A DNA stretch of 64,000 nucleotides, taken from Octopus vulgaris (taxonomy: Eukaryota). This document shows, one piece after another, positions 57,131 to 64,000 of this stretch (within the stretch, counting starts at the first letter, position 1; the number at the start of each line of letters is the position of its first letter). The stretch is from positions 60,264,001 through 60,328,000 of the forward strand of contig OX597832.1 in the NCBI GenBank assembly GCA_951406725.2. The letters run 5' to 3'. Below the pieces are notes generated by a model. It ran no database searches. It was not told the origin of the DNA and saw only the letters and a list, made by a program, of their open reading frames with translations. Made by a program: the position numbers and the translations under genes.

Positions 57131-57887
57131 ATGGTAGCCGAGCGATTCATCATTAATGCGTATATAAAAGACTGCTGACCAACACATTGACCACAATAGG
57201 GGTGGAGGGTCACCCCAACGATGCTTTATTTAGTTGTTAACAGCAACTGTAGCAAGAAATGGCGAGAAAAAAAAGAACAAGTAAAAACAAACCACAAATA
57301 ATACAAAAGAAAGAAGCGAAAATAAAGTTATACAAAACACACGTTCTTACAGACACACACACACACATTCATACAGACCCACACATAAACATACACACAC
57401 ATACAGACACACATTCATACAGACCCGCACACACATACACACACATTCATACAGACCCACACATAAACATACACACTCATACAGACACACATATACAGAC
57501 ACACAAACACAAATACACACACTCTTATACAAACACAAAGAGTTTCCCTTGTCGTCGTTGTTGCTGTTATTGTTGTGGTTGTTGTTGTCGAAAACGTTTT
57601 GTTGTTTATAGAAATCGATGTAACCTTCTGCAGATTCGATGATTTATCAATTATCTTGTATGACCAATTTGATGCTAAAAGCAAGCAAAGCGATCTCGGT
57701 TGGTTGGTTGGTTCCTTCGTTCGTTCGTTTGTTTCATTCGGTGCTGTCACCTAAGCGCAAAAAAAGATGAACAGCTTCCTGCGAACCCCGTAAACAAAGA
57801 TCTGAATGGGCCTGACAAGATTTTCTCCCGTAAGAATAAAACAAAAGAATATCGATATATAAACAAGCAAATAAATAAATAAAAAGG

Positions 57888-57980
<93 letters not shown>

Positions 57981-57990
57981 TATATATATA

Positions 57991-58205
<215 letters not shown>

Positions 58206-58954
58206 TATATATAATTTGTTTGTTAATGTTCATATTTGATGAATGATGACAACTTATCGCTAACTTTCAGCTACGATTGTCCACTCAAGTATGCGCGTTA
58301 GTTTCATTCAAGAATCGAGAGCGAGGGCACAGCAGTGGAAACAGCGACACCTATCTAACTATCTATTTATCGTTTGACCGGTTGGTGGCATAAGGGTTAG
58401 TTAGCTGATTCAGTTAGCTAGCTAGTTAGTTAGTTTGTTAGTTAAATAGACACATGTCTCAAAGCAGTATTGTGATTGCGACGGTTCTACGTTTACGCTA
58501 TCTAACCCTAAATACTATTAGGAAAAGCTTTAAACTGATAAATTGCTACATTGATCGTCTGATACACCGATGGACGTGATAAACTGTCTTATTCCTATCT
58601 CTGGTCATTCATGTATTTCTATGACATACACCACGGCCACGAATACAAATAAGACTTAAACATGAAATATTCGCATTTTTCTGCTTGACTATTCATAAAC
58701 ATCGCCATCCATCATTTCCTTTTCAAAATGACCAGCGCTCTTTTCAAGCAGCGGCCTCTGCTCTTCAGCACAACCAAATCGCCCGGCCACCATCTCTTCC
58801 TCCTCCTTCTCATCCTCCTCATCGTCATCCTCATCATCCTCATCATCATCATCATCATCGTCAATAGTATCCTCTTTCTCCTCCCCTTCCACCCTTTCCT
58901 CCTCCTACTTCTCCTCTTCATCCTCGAAATGAGATTTTCGTTTTGAGCAGATCT

Positions 58955-59250
58955 CCTATTCTCTTATCCTTCTACTTGTTTCAGCCATTAGTCTGTGGCC
59001 ATGCTGGAGCACCGCCTTGGAGAATTTTTAGCCGAACGAATCGACCTCAGTACTTCTTTAATTTTTTTTTTTCCTTTTTTTTCTTTAGCAAGTCTGATAT
59101 TTATTCTATCATTCTCTTTTGCCGTACCGCTAAGTTACACAGAGCAACTTGAGACGAAGAGTTTTACGCAAGAGCAAAATGCACCACCCGGTCTAGGAAT
59201 TGAAACCACGATCTCGCGAAAATGAGTACAATGCTCCAACCAGTAGGCCA
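58955..59250 (-). mobile_element. Degenerate SINE A 3' part followed by a SINE C/D-like head fragment
   Basis: ggccatgctggagcaccgcc...ccgctaagttac; ggaattgaaaccacgatctcgcg...ctccaaccagtaggcca. Confidence 0.6.
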
Positions 59251-59494
59251 TGATAATAATAACAATAATAATAATAGTAATAATATTTATAACAACAACG
59301 ACAATAATGATGATGATGATGAGGATGATGATGAGGATGATAATAATAATAATAATAAGATGATGATGATGATGATGATGATGATACTAATGATGATAAA
59401 AATAATAAGATGATGATGATGATGATGACGACGACGACAACGACGACGACGACAAAGACGATAACGACGACAACGGCGACAACGACGATGATGG

Positions 59495-59546
<52 letters not shown>

Positions 59547-60023
59547 AATGATGATGACGACGACGACGATGAAGATGACGACGATAATGATGATGATGAT
59601 GACGATGTCCACATTTACATGAATAGAAACGAATGTTTTTATTGGTGTCTTTTTGTTGTTGTTTTCCTTTTGTCTTCCTTCTTCGCATTTAGTTGATGTT
59701 GACATTTTCGTTATTCTCAAGTCTTTTCCCTTTATCTTGTAAACATATGAACCAGGACAGTTAAATATATCACTGCCACATCTGTTATAAATTCACAAAT
59801 CTTGCGGCGTTGAGAAATTTTCAGCTGCTTCCAGTAAATTCTATGCTAGGTTTGTCAACTATTATTTATTTTAAAATAAATGCGCGTCTCTGCTGTTGTT
59901 ACGAGTAAAACTAGATTTCTTCCAGTTTTCAACTGTTTGTAATAAATTTTACTACGGACATTTTGAGTCTTTTTCCTAATTTATATGCACACACACAGAC
60001 ACACACACACACACACGAGCATA

Positions 60024-60540
60024 CTAGCGGAGTATCCCGTCGTTGCCAGGCAATTTTCACCATAGAATGCCTTGGCGCACTTTCAGAATAAGAAGCCCAC
60101 ATAAGTTCAATGTTCTTCCTTTTGATGGGGACTTTTCAAATTTTGTTTTCACCACAGCCTTGGAAATGACTGGGGCAAACTTTATATGGAAAGAACAATT
60201 TTGAATACAATTCTGAATAAAATCTCCTTTCTCTTTATTTTTGTTCATAATTTTAGAATATTGGAGAACCGGAGAAAGTCATTCCTGGGATATCCACAAT
60301 GATTTTACAAGTGTATGTAAAAGATAATTGATTTCAATAACATATTTTTCTGCTAGTAAATGTTTTTTTTTCTTAGATGTGCAGGCGCACTTATACAGAT
60401 TTTTGCCAATTTCTTTGGCACCACCCATTTTAAAACAATGTGAGATGCCTTTAGGGCAGAACGAAGATTTTGAAAATTTATAATTTTTTTCAAAACCTCT
60501 TCCTCCAATCAGTACCGACTTTGGCACATCCTACGACCAC
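60024..60540 (-). mobile_element. Possible Helitron remnant (3' end clear, 5' extent uncertain)
   Basis: Minus strand cctggcaacgacgggatactccgCTAGt, the same hairpin-plus-CTAG design as 608-635. Confidence 0.5.
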
Positions 60541-60742
60541 CTGATACCTTCGTTTCTTTGTTACTCTAACATTTATTGCTGCTTTTCAATATTGTTCTCC
60601 CATAGGCACATTTTATGGAAGTAACGGTTTTGTTTAACCCAAGGATGATTCATTGCTGGGATTTAATCAGCAAGTAAAGAGTAATTTGATTTTTTAGCCC
60701 GTATCCCAACTCCACCTTGCTCCAAGCGAGTCCGTGTGTGTG

Positions 60743-60830
<88 letters not shown>

Positions 60831-61468
60831 CTTAGTTTACTAGCAGAAACGTATGTTGTTAAAATAAATTGTCTTTTACCAGCAATGAGAAAAATGTCAC
60901 AGAGGTTTTAAAGTTTGATTATTTTTACCCAATCAGAAAACAGGATTTGGAAGCTAGCATTTTCTGCGTGAAGGATGTGTATCATAAGATGAAAGAAAAC
61001 ATTACATGACACAGTTTTAAACAAAGTGAAAGCAATTACGCCATATGAAGAGAGAGAGAGGGGGAGAGCATGCATGAGACACAATACATATACAAAGAGA
61101 GAGTGATAAAGAGTGTGGTAAATATATATAGAGAGGGGAATGAGTGAAAGAGCGAGGGGGAGAGAGAGAGACACTGGGAGATTTGTCGATCTAAAATTTG
61201 AGCTATTTCTCCTAACAAATTATATATTGTTATTATTTATCGAATTTGACCACCCTGTCATATTTTCAAGAGGGGTTGATGTACGGGTTTGTGTATTACC
61301 CAATGTGTTGTTGTTTATGATAATGTTTTAAGGAATACATGGCCAGATGTTATAACCCACGCTTCTGCAGAGAAGATTAATAGACAAGTATCGCTACAAA
61401 AAACTGGTACATTACTATTTCACTCTGTCGGTACATACATACATGCATAGATATATATTGTATATATA

Positions 61469-61604
61469 GGCATAGGAGTGGCTGTGTGGTTAGTAGCTTG
61501 CTTACCAACCATATGGTTCCGGGTTCAGTCCCACTGCGTGGCACCTTCGGCAAGTGTCTTCTTGTGAATGAATTTGGTAGACGGAAACTGAAAGAAGTTC
61601 GTCG

Positions 61605-61648
<44 letters not shown>

Positions 61649-61725
61649 TCCCCCAATATCGCTTGACAACCGATGCTGTAGTGTTTACATCTTCGTAATT
61701 AGCGGTTCGGGAAAAGAGAACGATA
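61469..61725 (+). mobile_element. SINE family A, internally deleted and 3'-truncated
   Basis: ggcataggagtggctgtgtggttagtagc head. Confidence 0.85.
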
Positions 61726-61792
<67 letters not shown>

Positions 61793-62031
61793 TCAAATAT
61801 ACTCAAATATGTGTGTTGTGTGTGTGTGTGTGTGTGTGTGACAGTGAGGAGCGGAGATGACCGCGAAATATTGTTATCTGCCTCTCTCGTTCACTTCCAG
61901 CGTGATTCCGTTCTGTGTAGCTTTGAGATATATTGCGTTTTTCAACACGCTACGTCTTTCAAGGTGTTTCCCTAAGACGAAATACAGCATCTCTACTAAC
62001 GGACACATATTACGCATAATGCACATAGATA

Positions 62032-62286
62032 ACTTTCTTTATTGGCCACTCAGGGATGAACACAGGGGAGTTAAATACAAATGTAGAGCTTTTCTTTTCG
62101 AAAATGAAAAAAAAACAATAAAAAGAAGGAACAAAAGTAAAAAGTAGAATTCCGATCAAAAGGGATCGGGAAAAAACGATAAAAAAATGTAAAAAGTAAG
62201 GTTAGGTTTATCCGTGGAATGAAAAGCCAACGGAAAAGACCACGGTAACCGCAGGCAGGGAGGGAATAAACACATGAGAACAAAGT

Positions 62287-62344
<58 letters not shown>

Positions 62345-62985
62345 TCTCTTTTCGATTTACAGGATCATGCTCAAAGTGGTTTCGTCACTCACACGCAGCA
62401 TCTTGGCTACATTCACCCTCCTTTTTCTGAAACTTTCACGAGACAAAAGCTACCTCTCCATTCTAACCTTCCTTTTCAAGTGGTACTTGAAAAAGATGAT
62501 GAGCGATTGACCAGAGAGGTAAGTGTTTGTCTCTAATACTTTCGCTCGAGTCCACTACACACATTCTTTCACCATGGCCACCAGTACGATGAAGACTGCC
62601 TTGCCTTCCCGGTTGAGGGAAGGTGGCGGAGCAATTGTCAGAATAGACTCGGCCGATAGGCGGACTCGTCCCACACGTGACATCAGCCGTTCTGCATAAA
62701 CCCATAAGTCTGAAATGGCTGGACACTGCACGACGCATGCAGAACGGTTTCGTCGCTCTGACCGCACCTCGGGCAAGTCGGTCTCGAATGGTGCCTGTAG
62801 AGCTTATCCCGAACGAGTAATGCTTCTCGATAGCACTGCCAAGTCAGGAGTCTTTGGTGATTGTTCATACGTCCCGCCCCGACAGTTGTCCTGAACAGAC
62901 GGGCCAGGGATTCCTCGTCAACGCCCAGACTCTGTCCGAGAACGTCGTCACACCTCCCCTCCACTAATCCTCTATAGAACGCCAG
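62032..62985 (-). mobile_element. 5'-truncated Tx1/L1-clade LINE (C-terminal zinc-knuckle region), frameshifted
   Basis: LTWQCYREALLVRDKLYRHHSRPTCPRCGQSDETVLHA fits the zf-RVT W...L.....L......C..C....E...H pattern; 3'UTR ends in caataaagaaa; 5' end abuts (GATA)n. Confidence 0.85.
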
Positions 62986-62997
62986 ATAGATAGATAT

Positions 62998-63067
<70 letters not shown>

Positions 63068-63178
63068 GAGTAGTTGGATGAGTAGTTGGATGGAGGGAAA
63101 GAAAGAAAGAAATAGATAGATAGGTTGATAGATAAAGAGAGAGCTATATAAAGAGATATATAGATAAGATAGATAAAT

Positions 63179-63238
<60 letters not shown>

Positions 63239-63288
63239 CAGACAAACAAACAGACAGACAGATAGAGACATATGTGTGTGCATATATC

Positions 63289-63349
<61 letters not shown>

Positions 63350-63633
63350 CATACATACATACATGCATACATACATACATACATACATGTGTGGGTACAT
63401 GGAAGGATGTATGTATAGATGGGTTGATGGGTAGGTGTTGGGATGGGTGTACGGATGGATTCATGCATGCATACATAAGTAGACAGATACCGAAGTAAGC
63501 GCGTGCACGTAAAAGACAAGATTACGCAATGTTCTCACATCCGTTTGCGTAACAACAATTGATGCGAGACAGTCGCCAATGTTTAATTAAATTTTATGTA
63601 TAATACCTCTGAGGAACGTACCACGAAAACAGT

Positions 63634-63687
<54 letters not shown>

Positions 63688-63868
63688 CTGCGTGTGTGCG
63701 TATATGCGTATGTGCGTGTTTGCATGTGTGTATGTGCGCGTCTGTGTGTAAGTGAGGGCGTCGATGAATGAATGGGAATGTGAGTGCGCATGCGTATATG
63801 ATTGTGTGTGTGCATTCGTGAGTGTGTGTACATATGTTACGTTACATATATATATATATATATGTATG

Positions 63869-63902
<34 letters not shown>

Positions 63903-64000
63903 TGTATGTATGTATGTATATGTATATATATATATATATATTAATTGTATCTATTACATAAATATATGTATGTGTATATATTGTATATTATCTGTATGTA

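Overview
AT-rich, microsatellite-saturated eukaryotic non-coding DNA. The SINE/LINE mix suggests a cephalopod, probably Octopus (inference, not verified). No intact host gene can be supported; nearly all ORFs in the track are translations of (TA)n, (CA)n, (TATG)n, (TAA)n and (CAT)n repeats. Contents: four tRNA-derived SINE families (A-D, more than 30 copies or fragments); 5'-truncated LINE remnants of four clades (R4/Dong-like restriction-like endonuclease, CR1-like, Tx1/L1-like, RTE-like); non-autonomous Helitrons; and many short remnants resembling Penelope-like element termini. The most interesting signal is about ten hammerhead-ribozyme-like folds, including a 114-bp perfect palindrome encoding one on both strands, a G3-C8 compensated core, recurrent U4C and A6U cores and a tandem pair. 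Also notable: repeated local fold-back inverted duplications, an RLE LINE apparently associated with (TACA)n rather than (TAA)n, SINE tails matching two different LINE clades, and two motif-dense unique islands (about 50.5 kb and 56 kb) that may be cis-regulatory. All folds and alignments were done by eye; boundaries are approximate.
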